DNA of 59,317 nt, filler included. It is 5 parts of 5 records of this genome, joined end to end, with 100 filler letters (N's around TTAATTAATTAA, not from the genome) between each part and the next. Parts side by side here need not be neighbours in the genome. Positions count along the whole stretch, not along the records: positions 1 to 25,342 come from SRR20825006_1904; positions 25,443 to 31,815 come from SRR20825006_1906; 3 more parts are not named here. One strand, 5' to 3'. The notes under the pieces were generated by a model that saw only the letters and a list, made by a program, of their open reading frames with translations, made no database searches and was not told where the DNA came from. How positions within the stretch are numbered: position 1 is the stretch's first letter; each line of letters starts with the position of its first letter. Below are positions 20,977 to 29,390 of the stretch, one piece after another. Made by a program: the position numbers and the translations under genes.

Positions 20977-22245
20977 ATGGAGTGGATGTTAGAGCACAGC
21001 TATCTGATGCTGCTGCTGGCCGGGGCCTTCGGCTTCCTGATGGCCTGGGGCGTGGGTGCCAACGATGTGGCTAACGCCATGGGCACCTCAGTAGGTTCCG
21101 GCGCCTTGACCGTGAAACAGGCGGTAATGATCGCCATTGTCTTTGAATTCTGTGGCGCCTATCTCGCCGGTGGCGAAGTGACCGCCACGGTACGCAAGGG
21201 AATCGTGGATGCCGGCGTCTTTGCCGAATTCCCCCACTATCTGGTCTACGGGATGATGTCCGCGCTACTGGCCGCCGGCATCTGGCTGATCGTGGCCTCC
21301 TGGTTTGGCTGGCCCGTTTCCACCACCCACTCCATTGTCGGCGCCATCGTCGGCTTTGCCGCCGTAGGCGTGGGTGTGGATGCGGTCCACTGGGGCAAGG
21401 TAGGTAACATCGTCGCCAGCTGGGTCACCTCACCGCTTCTCGCCGGCTTTATCTCCTTCGCCCTGATCAAGAGTGTCCAGAAACTGGTTCTCAGCCAGGA
21501 CGATCCGTTCCAGCGAGCCAAGCGCGTGGTGCCCTTCTATATGTTCCTGGTGGGCTTCGCGATTAGCGCTGTCACCTTGCTGAAAGGGCTCAAGCATATC
21601 GGCCTGGATATCAGCTATGGCGCCAGCCTCGGTTGGTCCGCAGTGGGGGGCCTTGTGGTCGCCCTGATCGGCGCAGCCTTCCTCAGTCGCATTCAACCGG
21701 ACCCGGAAGCCGATAAGGATTTCCGCTTCCACTCCGTGGAGCGCATCTTTGCGGTACTGATGATTTTTACCGCCTGTGCCATGGCTTTTGCTCACGGCTC
21801 CAATGATGTGGCCAACGCAGTGGGGCCACTGGCCGCCATCAACAGCGTCATCGTCAACGAAGGCATGATCGGCGGGGAAGCCACCATGCCGGGCTGGATT
21901 CTGCTGGTCGGCGCCATGGGCATCGTCTTCGGGCTGGCTATTCTCGGCGCCCGGGTCATGGCCACGGTGGGCAAGAACATTACCGAGCTGACCCCCAGTC
22001 GGGGCTTTGCTGCCGAGCTCGGCGCTGCCGGCACCGTGATCCTGGCCTCCGGCACCGGCCTGCCCATCTCCACCACTCACACCCTGGTGGGGGCGGTACT
22101 GGGCGTAGGCATGGCCCGGGGCATCGGTTCGCTCAATTTGCGGGTGGTGAGCACCATCTTCACCTCCTGGGTCGTTACCCTGCCCGCCGGCGCCTTGCTA
22201 TCGATCCTGTTCTTCTACTTCTTCAAGGGACTGTTTGGGGCATAG
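20977..22245 (+). CDS. Inorganic phosphate transporter (PiT family)
   Basis: GANDVANAMGTSVGS, GSNDVANAVGP and PVSTTHS motifs. Confidence 0.95.
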   Translation: MEWMLEHSYLMLLLAGAFGFLMAWGVGANDVANAMGTSVGSGALTVKQAVMIAIVFEFCGAYLAGGEVTATVRKGIVDAGVFAEFPHYLVYGMMSALLAAGIWLIVASWFGWPVSTTHSIVGAIVGFAAVGVGVDAVHWGKVGNIVASWVTSPLLAGFISFALIKSVQKLVLSQDDPFQRAKRVVPFYMFLVGFAISAVTLLKGLKHIGLDISYGASLGWSAVGGLVVALIGAAFLSRIQPDPEADKDFRFHSVERIFAVLMIFTACAMAFAHGSNDVANAVGPLAAINSVIVNEGMIGGEATMPGWILLVGAMGIVFGLAILGARVMATVGKNITELTPSRGFAAELGAAGTVILASGTGLPISTTHTLVGAVLGVGMARGIGSLNLRVVSTIFTSWVVTLPAGALLSILFFYFFKGLFGA

Positions 22246-22249
22246 AGAG

Positions 22250-22347
22250 ACGCCTCACGCTTCACGCAGCAGGCAACACGCTAACGCCGCCCTTCGGGCG
22301 GCGTTTTTGTTTAACATCAAGCGTCCGGCATCTGGCCTCAGGCGTAA
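22250..22347. repeat. Heptamer arrays flanking the pit terminator
   Basis: acgcctc/acgcttc/acgcagc/aggcaac/acgctaa before the hairpin; agcgtcc/ggcatct/ggcctca/ggcgtaa after it. Confidence 0.6.
22283..22312 (+). terminator. Rho-independent terminator after pit
   Basis: AACGCCGCCC-TTCG-GGCGGCGTT followed by a T tract. Confidence 0.85.
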
Positions 22348-22405
22348 TTCGCTGGCTATACTGACCAATCAACCACTTACCACCCCAATTTCAGGGAAAC
22401 ACGCC

Positions 22406-23725
22406 GTGCCCAGCATCACTCCCGACAGCCAGGTTCACTGGTTCCGCAATTCGTCCCCGTATATCAATGCGCACCGGGGCCGAACCTTTGTGGTCATGCT
22501 GTCCGGGGAGCTGCTGGACGGCCCGCGCCTGCCTACCCTGATTCACGATCTGGCACTGCTCAATAGCCTGGGCATCAAGCTGGTACTCGTCCATGGCGCC
22601 CGCCCACAAATTAGCGCCCGGCTGGCAGAATCCGGTATCGAGTCCACCTTCGAGCAACACATGCGCATCACCGACAGCGCCGCGCTGGATAGCGTCATGG
22701 CGGCGGTCGGCGCATTGCGCCTGAAGCTGGAAGGCCTGTTCTCCATGGGGCTGGCCAACTCCCCCATGCATAACGCCAGCATCCGCCTGGTCAGCGGCAA
22801 CTTCGTGGTGGCCAAACCGGTAGGCGTGCGCGGCGGTTTCGACTATCAACACACCGGTGAAGTGCGGCGCATCGACGTGGATGCCATTCGTCAGCAACTG
22901 GGTAACGGTAACGTGGTGCTCCTCTCGCCGGTTGGCGGCTCGCCCACCGGCGAGCTGTTCAACGTCAACGCGGAAGAAGTGGCCTCCACGGCCGCCATCG
23001 CCCTGGGCGCCGACAAGCTCATCATCATGGGCGAGCACCTGCGCCTGGCCGATCCGCAAGGCGACCTGGTGCGCGAACTCAGCCCCCAGCAAGCCGGCAA
23101 ACTGCTGGCCGGCGATCAGTACGAAGATAACGGCGTGGACCGGCAACTCACCGCCGCCTGCCACGCCGCCAGCAATGGCGTGGCCCGGGCCCACCTGCTC
23201 GATGCCCAGGTGGACGGCGCCCTGATCAAGGAACTGTTCACCCGCGACGGCTGTGGCACCCTGGTGACGAGGGAAACCTACGAAACCATCCGTGGCGCGC
23301 GCATTGAAGATGTCGGCGGCATTCTCGAATTGATCGAACCACTGGAAGAAGACGGCACCCTGGTGCGCCGCTCAAGAGAGCTACTGGAAAACGAAATCCA
23401 GCGCTTCGCCATCATCGAACGCGATGGCATGGTTATCGCCTGCGCCGCCCTCTACCCCTTCCCCGAAGACAAGACCGGCGAACTCGCCTGCGTCGCCGTT
23501 CACTCCAGCTATCGCAAAGGTCAACGGGGCGCCCAGGTACTCGCCTACCTGGAACGTCGGGCACGGGAACAGGGCCTGCACAGCTTGTTCGTGCTCACCA
23601 CGCTCACCGCGCACTGGTTTCAGCAACAGGGGTTTGAAGCGGCGGGAGTCGATGCACTGCCGGGAGCCCGGCAGTCGCTGTATAACTGGCAGCGGAATTC
23701 AAAGGTGTTTGTGAAGGGGCTTTGA
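22406..23725 (+). CDS. argA: Amino-acid N-acetyltransferase (N-acetylglutamate synthase)
   Basis: WFRNSSPYINAHRGRTFV, ELFTRDGCGT, C-terminal GNAT and YNWQRNSK; GTG start. Confidence 0.96.
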   Translation: MPSITPDSQVHWFRNSSPYINAHRGRTFVVMLSGELLDGPRLPTLIHDLALLNSLGIKLVLVHGARPQISARLAESGIESTFEQHMRITDSAALDSVMAAVGALRLKLEGLFSMGLANSPMHNASIRLVSGNFVVAKPVGVRGGFDYQHTGEVRRIDVDAIRQQLGNGNVVLLSPVGGSPTGELFNVNAEEVASTAAIALGADKLIIMGEHLRLADPQGDLVRELSPQQAGKLLAGDQYEDNGVDRQLTAACHAASNGVARAHLLDAQVDGALIKELFTRDGCGTLVTRETYETIRGARIEDVGGILELIEPLEEDGTLVRRSRELLENEIQRFAIIERDGMVIACAALYPFPEDKTGELACVAVHSSYRKGQRGAQVLAYLERRAREQGLHSLFVLTTLTAHWFQQQGFEAAGVDALPGARQSLYNWQRNSKVFVKGL

Positions 23726-23740
23726 AGGTTATCGACGGTT

Positions 23741-23830
23741 TTCTAACGCCGAGCGCAGCTGCAGCCATAAGTGGCGGCCTGTTTTTTAGGCCGTTGCTTA
23801 TGGCTGTCAGACTGGCGCGATTTGTTAGGC
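23741..23830 (-). mobile_element. Integron attC site (90 bp)
   Basis: Minus strand R'' GCCTAAC, 5-bp spacer, L'' GCGCCAGT, inner stem CAGCCATAAG/CTTATGGCTG and GGCCT/AGGCC, L' GCTGCGC, 5-bp spacer, R' GTTAGAA; the ORF stop TAA lies inside R''. Confidence 0.9.
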
Positions 23831-24307
23831 GCTGCACATGAGGCAATAATCCCAGCGGTCTCCCCGCTTAAACCGCAAAGGATTTGCCTTGCATGAAGAG
23901 CCGTGCGAAAACTCTAAAATGACTTCATCTTTATCTTCTATCCTGCCCACCTTGTATTGGCACGTGATGTCTTGTTCGTATTCGTGATTTTTATATGCCT
24001 CTAATTCTGAGCCCCCAAATGTAACAGAGGGGCACGATTCAGACTCCGAAGCAGTGACTGTAAGGTAGCCAGGATATTCATGCGTAAACGGAACCAAAGG
24101 AACGACAGGTCCAGCCACGAAGAGGCGAGATTCCGCTACACTTCCAGCAGACAATACAGAAAGACCACAGTCGTAGCTCGCACGCCCGCCCTGGATCTCC
24201 CATCCCTCACCGTCTATCGCCACGTAGCTACGATCTCGAATCGCAGACGAGCAGCCTATACAAAAGATGACGATTATTATCAGAGCGTACTTCATGTTTT
24301 CGCCTAA
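23747..24307 (-). mobile_element. Single integron gene cassette
   Basis: Core site GTTAGGC (24308-24302), 6 nt upstream of the ATG, is the exact complement of the attC inverse core GCCTAAC; cassette runs from G|TT to G|TT. Confidence 0.85.
23825..24295 (-). CDS. Cassette-encoded hypothetical lipoprotein (156 aa)
   Basis: MKYALIIIVIFCIGC signal/lipobox; more AT-rich than its neighbours; bounded by the core site and attC. Confidence 0.8.
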   Translation of the reverse strand: MKYALIIIVIFCIGCSSAIRDRSYVAIDGEGWEIQGGRASYDCGLSVLSAGSVAESRLFVAGPVVPLVPFTHEYPGYLTVTASESESCPSVTFGGSELEAYKNHEYEQDITCQYKVGRIEDKDEVILEFSHGSSCKANPLRFKRGDRWDYCLMCSA

Positions 24308-24673
24308 CAGGTATTAGGAAGCCAGCTCGAATATCCAATGAACGCGCCGGCTTGATATCACAGTTATAAATTCTTCATATCGAAAAAGAAAACCTTGTTT
24401 GTGAGCATGTTACACAGCCCAAACTGGCCGCATGATTCAATATGTTGACCTCTTCGTTTGCCCGGACCAATAACACTGTCCAAACGCCAGATATTCCCTC
24501 TCCGCTTTAACGCTTCCATTCTTCCTCACAAACACCGCATAAAGGTTCGGTGGCTCCAAAGGAAAGCCAGAACACTTAATGTTGTGGCCGCAAGCCGGAA
24601 GCCTCTTCCATGCGATTGCTCTTAGGCTTTCGTGTTTAACGGGAAAATTCAGCCTATCTCAGCAACTTACAAA

Positions 24674-24699
24674 AATATGTAAGCCAAATCCTACATATT
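24674..24699. promoter_or_regulatory. Imperfect palindrome resembling a GacA/UvrY box
   Basis: AATATGTAAG-CCAAAT-CCTACATATT (9/10 arms); core TGTAAG-N6-CCTACA versus consensus TGTAAG-N6-CTTACA. Confidence 0.4.
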
Positions 24700-24894
24700 C
24701 AACTGTCGCGCGGGTGAAAAACGGCGCTTTGCGATCCTGGGTATCGCAGCGATAGTCGCCAGTCTCATCGACACCGTTCCCGCCGCCTCCAGACTGCACT
24801 ATCTACGACCTCCGCTGCGCAAACTCCCGCAACAACAGCAAAGTGCACCAGCGCGCGACAATAATCTTTATGGCATTGCCATACCCACCGTCGA

Positions 24895-24922
24895 GTTCGC
24901 ACCTCGAGAGGTGTTCCTACAG
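24895..24922 (-). repeat. REP element (GTAG-type), single copy
   Basis: Minus strand CTGTAGGAACACCTCTCGAGGTGCGAAC, close to the REPs at 34875/34991. Confidence 0.75.
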
Positions 24923-25006
24923 GGGCAGTGACTAGCTACAGCCCGGGCCCTCTCTGGGTTACAATGCTCGGCTTACGTTCCGCTATTGACCATTAACGAG
25001 GTTCCC

Positions 25007-25342
25007 ATGCCGCAGTATCGCTCCCGTACCACCACCCATGGCCGCAACATGGCTGGCGCCCGTGCCCTGTGGCGCGCAACGGGCATGAAGGACGGGGACT
25101 TCGGTAAGCCGATTATTGCCATCGCCAACTCCTTTACCCAGTTCGTTCCCGGGCACGTGCACCTGAAGGACATGGGCCAGCTGGTGGCCGGTGAAGTGGA
25201 GAAGGCCGGGGGCATCGCCAAGGAATTCAACACCATTGCGGTGGATGACGGCATCGCCATGGGCCACGACGGGATGCTCTACTCCCTGCCCAGCCGCGAC
25301 ATCATTGCCGATTCCGTGGAATACATGGTCAACGCCCACTGC
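25007..25342 (+). CDS. ilvD: Dihydroxy-acid dehydratase, 5' part (truncated by contig end)
   Basis: [42 protein letters not shown]. Confidence 0.96.
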
Positions 25343-25442
25343 NNNNNNNNNNNNNNNNNNNNNNNNNNNNNNNNNNNNNNNNNNNNTTAATTAATTAANN
25401 NNNNNNNNNNNNNNNNNNNNNNNNNNNNNNNNNNNNNNNNNN
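25343..25442. other. Artificial contig spacer (Ns + TTAATTAATTAA)
   Basis: 100-nt N run with an all-frame stop linker. Confidence 0.99.
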
Positions 25443-25471
25443 GATGCTCTATCCAGCTGAGCTACGGGACC
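25443..25471 (-). tRNA. 5' part of a tRNA, probably tRNA-Arg (truncated by contig end)
   Basis: GGTCCCG-TA-GCTC-AGCTGGATA-GAGC-A-TC: acceptor 5' strand and D arm with the Arg-type GGATA loop; anticodon not visible. Confidence 0.8.
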
Positions 25472-25521
25472 TTGTATGTTGTCTCGACGAGGTATGCGTT
25501 TGCCTCATCGGATATCAATGA

Positions 25522-25550
25522 CGTTTAACCTCGCCATGCGCGGCTGTCAA
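25522..25550 (-). promoter_or_regulatory. Putative sigma70 promoter of the tRNA
   Basis: TTGACA-17 bp-TAAACG on the minus strand, about 50 nt upstream of the tRNA 5' end. Confidence 0.55.
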
Positions 25551-25705
25551 CCTCTGGCGCGCGGTCGCGCCATCGAGGCGACCGTTTTGAAGAGAATCGC
25601 CCTCCCCTGCGTCTCTACAAAACACCGAAGAGGCTGGCCCTCGCCACCTAAAACAGTCATAAAAGATGCCGTCAATATGGCTCGACAAGCACCATCAAAG
25701 GACTC

Positions 25706-26845
25706 ATGACCATGAATCGCACCGCTCTCTCGCTCCTGATCGCCGCCATGTGCGCCCTGCTCACCACCAACGCCAGCGCCAATGACGCCGTCTTTGGCGG
25801 CACCGGCGCTGACCTCGTGCCGCTCGAAGAGAAGACGCTCAAGATGGCCTCCGAGGATATCCTCATCGAAGAGGTCGGGCCGAAGGGAAAGTGGAAGAGC
25901 AATCACTGGGAGATCAAGGCGACCTACGTCTTCGAGAACCCCAGCGATACCGCGAGGAAGGCGACCTTTGGCTTCCCCGAGGCCAGCTGTGACCCGGAAG
26001 AGACCCCCTGCAACATCCGCGACGAAAAACGCGACAACACCTTCTACAACATGAAGACCACGGTCGACGGCAAGAAGGTCAAGGTCAAGCTCGGCAAGGT
26101 CTCCAAGAAGAACGCCTGGGCGCCAGAGCTTGGCCGCGTGCACCTGTTCGAGGTCAAGGTCCCCGCCAAATCGAAAATCACCGTCGTCCATCAGTACGAG
26201 ATGGGCATGTCCGGCTCGTTCATGCAAGAGAACGCGCTAGAGTACGTCACGCGCACCGGCTCGCTCTGGAACGGACCGATCGGGAGCGCGCGCTTCACCA
26301 TCCGCGTCAAGGATCGCCCCTGGGGATTTCACTACCCCGAGACCTACGACCTCGAATCCTTCACGACCAGAAAGGTAGGCAAGCACTACAAGACCGAGAT
26401 CGTCTTCGCGATGAAAGACTGGACGCCCACACAAGACCTCGCGCTCACGCTCGCCTCGGATTACATCACGCACCAAAAATGCCCCTCGATCCTGATGCAC
26501 GCAGACGCCCTGCGTGATGAGAAGGGAGGGATCGATCTCGAGTACGCCAAGGAGACCTTCGAGGACCTCTCGAAAGAAGATCTGCGCATGTGTCGAAACA
26601 TCCCCTACGCCCACCACGGCTACACCTTCAAGGATAAGAAGCTCGACACTCTCTTTTACCCGAAGAGCATCTCCGAGCCCGCCACCAAGTCCAACTGGGC
26701 CTCGCTCGGGCAGCTCGGGTTGGTCAAAGAGAAACACCGCGTCGTCACCTTCGCCAAGTCCTCCAACTACTCCTCGGAGATGCTCTCCAAGAACGAGCTC
26801 ACCTACGTGCGCGCGATCAAGGCCGTCGAGAAAACACGGGACTGA
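25706..26845 (+). CDS. Secreted protein, DUF4424-like N-terminal region plus C-terminal YARHG domain
   Basis: Signal peptide; M.SEDI..Y.F.N..GFP and Y..RTGSLWNGPIG motifs; RNIPYAHHGYTFKD. Confidence 0.75.
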   Translation: MTMNRTALSLLIAAMCALLTTNASANDAVFGGTGADLVPLEEKTLKMASEDILIEEVGPKGKWKSNHWEIKATYVFENPSDTARKATFGFPEASCDPEETPCNIRDEKRDNTFYNMKTTVDGKKVKVKLGKVSKKNAWAPELGRVHLFEVKVPAKSKITVVHQYEMGMSGSFMQENALEYVTRTGSLWNGPIGSARFTIRVKDRPWGFHYPETYDLESFTTRKVGKHYKTEIVFAMKDWTPTQDLALTLASDYITHQKCPSILMHADALRDEKGGIDLEYAKETFEDLSKEDLRMCRNIPYAHHGYTFKDKKLDTLFYPKSISEPATKSNWASLGQLGLVKEKHRVVTFAKSSNYSSEMLSKNELTYVRAIKAVEKTRD

Positions 26846-26923
26846 CAGGTCGCCATATCCTGGCTGCGAGCGCTGGCCAGTGATAATCTCTCTCTCCGTG
26901 TGAACCTCCAGAAGAGGCCAGGC

Positions 26924-28078
26924 ATGCGCGCCCACCTTGTGCCCCGACAACCGACCTGCGCCAACAGGCGCTCGCTCATCGCGGCGCTCGCGCTTTTGGC
27001 ATCGACCGGGTGCGCCACGAGCGAGGTCGAGGACGCGCAGCAAGACCCTGGCATCGTCATCATCCAGGATATGGGCTCGGGCCTCGAGGATATGCGCGCT
27101 ACAACCAGCGATGATATGCCCTCCTCGCCAGACCAGGATATGAGCACGGTCACGCGAGACATGCGCGCCGATGTGCCGGACGCTGGCGAGGATATGTCGA
27201 CGCCGCCAGCTCCCGACATGGACGAGGTGCGCACATGTCAGGCGGATAACCAGTGCGTCATCGGCTCCTACTGCGACCTCACCCAGAACATATGCGTCTC
27301 TGATTGCCTCGAGCACGAGGACTGCCCCGCAGGCTGGACCTGCGAGGACACACGAGGGCGCTGCGAGGATCACGCCGATGACTGCGGTGATGATGTCTGC
27401 GACTCGTTCGAGGATTGCGAGATATGTCCGGCCGACTGCGGGTGTGGCCCAAACCAAGACTGCGACCAGGGGGTCTGCGTTTGCCAGGACACCTGCTCGC
27501 CCGGCGCGACCGAGTGCGACGCTGGCGGCACGCGCTCTTGCACCGCTGACGAGGAGGGGTGCCTCGAGTGGTCCGCCACGACCCCATGCCAGGGAAGCTG
27601 TATGAACGGCATGTGCAGCTGCATGGCGGCCTGCGGCTCCAGCGAATGCGGCATGGATGGCTGCGGAGGGAGCTGCGGCGCGTGCACCTTTGCCTGCGGC
27701 GCTGGCGACCTCTGCACCAGACAACTGACCATCAACTACGTCGAGACGAGCTGCTCTGCCGATTGCCAGGATGCCTTCGATCCGACAGACCCCTTCCTCA
27801 AGCTCACGATCGCTGGCCAGACCTACAGCAAGGACGAAGGCGCGCGCGACCGATGCGGTAACACGAGGACGGCTGAAAACTGGATCGTGGGTGACGCGAA
27901 TCACACCTTTACCTTTGCCCAGCTCCAGCAAGTCACCGTCGAGGTCTACGACGCGGACACCTTCAACAGCGACGACCTCTGTGCGCGCTGGACCAACGTC
28001 GACCTGACCGCACATGGCACCCAGACGCTGGTCAGCGACGATGGGCTCGTGCGCGTGAGCTTGAGGATCAACAAATGA
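26924..28078 (+). CDS. Cys-rich lipoprotein with xDM linker repeats and a C-terminal C2-like domain
   Basis: Lipobox LASTGC; seven xDM motifs; EGF-like Cys repeats (CGMDGCGGSCGAC); DPFLKL..VTVEVYDADTFNSDDLC. Confidence 0.75.
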   Translation: MRAHLVPRQPTCANRRSLIAALALLASTGCATSEVEDAQQDPGIVIIQDMGSGLEDMRATTSDDMPSSPDQDMSTVTRDMRADVPDAGEDMSTPPAPDMDEVRTCQADNQCVIGSYCDLTQNICVSDCLEHEDCPAGWTCEDTRGRCEDHADDCGDDVCDSFEDCEICPADCGCGPNQDCDQGVCVCQDTCSPGATECDAGGTRSCTADEEGCLEWSATTPCQGSCMNGMCSCMAACGSSECGMDGCGGSCGACTFACGAGDLCTRQLTINYVETSCSADCQDAFDPTDPFLKLTIAGQTYSKDEGARDRCGNTRTAENWIVGDANHTFTFAQLQQVTVEVYDADTFNSDDLCARWTNVDLTAHGTQTLVSDDGLVRVSLRINK

Positions 28079-29382
28079 GCACACGAGGTACGCCTGGACA
28101 CGCCGTCGATGTGCATATCGACGGCGTGCCCTTCTACACCTTCTTGCAGGAACAATTCGACGCCGCTCAGGATCGAATCTGGGGCGTGATCTCGTTTATC
28201 GAGCCAAACTTCACGATGCCATGCGGCGAATCATTCTTTGACATGGTTCAGCGCGCCGCCCTCCGCGGCGTCGAGGTCAGGTTGCTCTTCTGGCACAACC
28301 TGAACTTCCCCTCGCATCACCTGTTCAATGACACTCACGAAAACCGCGCGATGCTCTACAAGCGCGCACCAGGTGTCCAGGTTCGATGGGATCACTCGCC
28401 CACCAAAGCCCACTGCCACCATCAAAAGGCATGGCTCGTCGATGACACGGGGATGATCGGTGGGATGGTCATGAGCCACAGCACGCTCGCCAACCGCTCG
28501 CATGATCCTCCAAACAAACACGACATCTTCTGCTCGTACCGAGGCCCACTCGTCGCCGAGCTCGAGGAACATATCGCGCTGCGCTGGAACCACTCGCGCG
28601 ATCCAGAAGAAGGCTCCCCCTTCACCACGCTCGAGACCAACGCGCTCATCCTGCCCGAGAACTCAGACCATGCGCCCGCTGGTGACACGAGGGTCGCTCT
28701 CCGCCGTAGCATCGCACCGGGGCTCTATGGCAACGAGGAAGGTGTCACCGAGATCTGGGAGGATTACCGCGAGGCGATAAGACGCGCCGAACGCTTTATC
28801 TACATCGAGAACCAACACCCAGGCGAAGAGGCGATCCTTGGCGACCTGCGCGCCGCGCTCGAGCGCGGCGTCGAGGTTCTGTACGTGGTCCCCGGAGAGC
28901 CGATGCTGGCCATCATTCACGAGCGCGCCCGGTACGCGCGCGTGCAGCAGCGCCAGGAGCTCCCCTCTCGCTACACCTCGACGTTTCGAGCGCTGACCGA
29001 GCTGGGTGACTTCGATAACTTCACGCTCGCCAAGCTCGTCGCGCGCGAGCACGAGATCTACGTCCACGCAAAGATCTGCATCGTGGATGATTGCTGGATG
29101 ACCATCGGCTCGGCCAACCTCGTCGACCTGAGCATGTGCGCCGATCACACCGAACTCAACCTCTCGGTTTACGAGGATCGCGCGTTGATTCTTGCCACGT
29201 TGCACGACCTGCTCGACGAACACACCGGTCAGTTGGACAGGTCTGACGAGCGAGAGAACACAGGAGTTCGTTACGTGCGCGAAGCGAGCGCCCTCGCGCG
29301 CGAGAACGCCGCCGCGAGCGCCCGCGGCGGCGTGACAAGAGGGCACCTGCGCGCGCTCGACCCGAAGCGCTACCCCCTCTAA
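28075..29382 (+). CDS. Phospholipase D family protein (two HKD motifs)
   Basis: HHQKAWLVDD, AIRRAERFIYIENQ and YVHAKICIVDD..IGSANL; ATGA overlap with the upstream gene. Confidence 0.9.
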   Translation: MSTRGTPGHAVDVHIDGVPFYTFLQEQFDAAQDRIWGVISFIEPNFTMPCGESFFDMVQRAALRGVEVRLLFWHNLNFPSHHLFNDTHENRAMLYKRAPGVQVRWDHSPTKAHCHHQKAWLVDDTGMIGGMVMSHSTLANRSHDPPNKHDIFCSYRGPLVAELEEHIALRWNHSRDPEEGSPFTTLETNALILPENSDHAPAGDTRVALRRSIAPGLYGNEEGVTEIWEDYREAIRRAERFIYIENQHPGEEAILGDLRAALERGVEVLYVVPGEPMLAIIHERARYARVQQRQELPSRYTSTFRALTELGDFDNFTLAKLVAREHEIYVHAKICIVDDCWMTIGSANLVDLSMCADHTELNLSVYEDRALILATLHDLLDEHTGQLDRSDERENTGVRYVREASALARENAAASARGGVTRGHLRALDPKRYPL

Positions 29383-29390
29383 AGCAACGA

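Noticed and set aside
24476-24490. LexA-box candidate CTGTCCAAACGCCAG
   Set aside because: The CTG-CAG spacing is 9 nt, not the required 10.
24309-25006. Possible intI gene or remnant next to the cassette
   Set aside because: No ORF of suitable size and no tyrosine-recombinase motifs that I can see; a tBLASTn search would be needed to exclude a highly decayed remnant.
25007-25342. Parallel with Xanthomonas integrons, which lie next to ilvD
   Set aside because: Those lie downstream of ilvD and include intI; here the cassette is upstream and has no integrase, so common origin is unsupported.
25387-25398. TTAATTAATTAA palindrome occurring four times
   Set aside because: Artificial contig linker inside N runs.
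26237-28084. 615-aa minus-strand ORF
   Set aside because: Antisense to two well-supported plus-strand genes.
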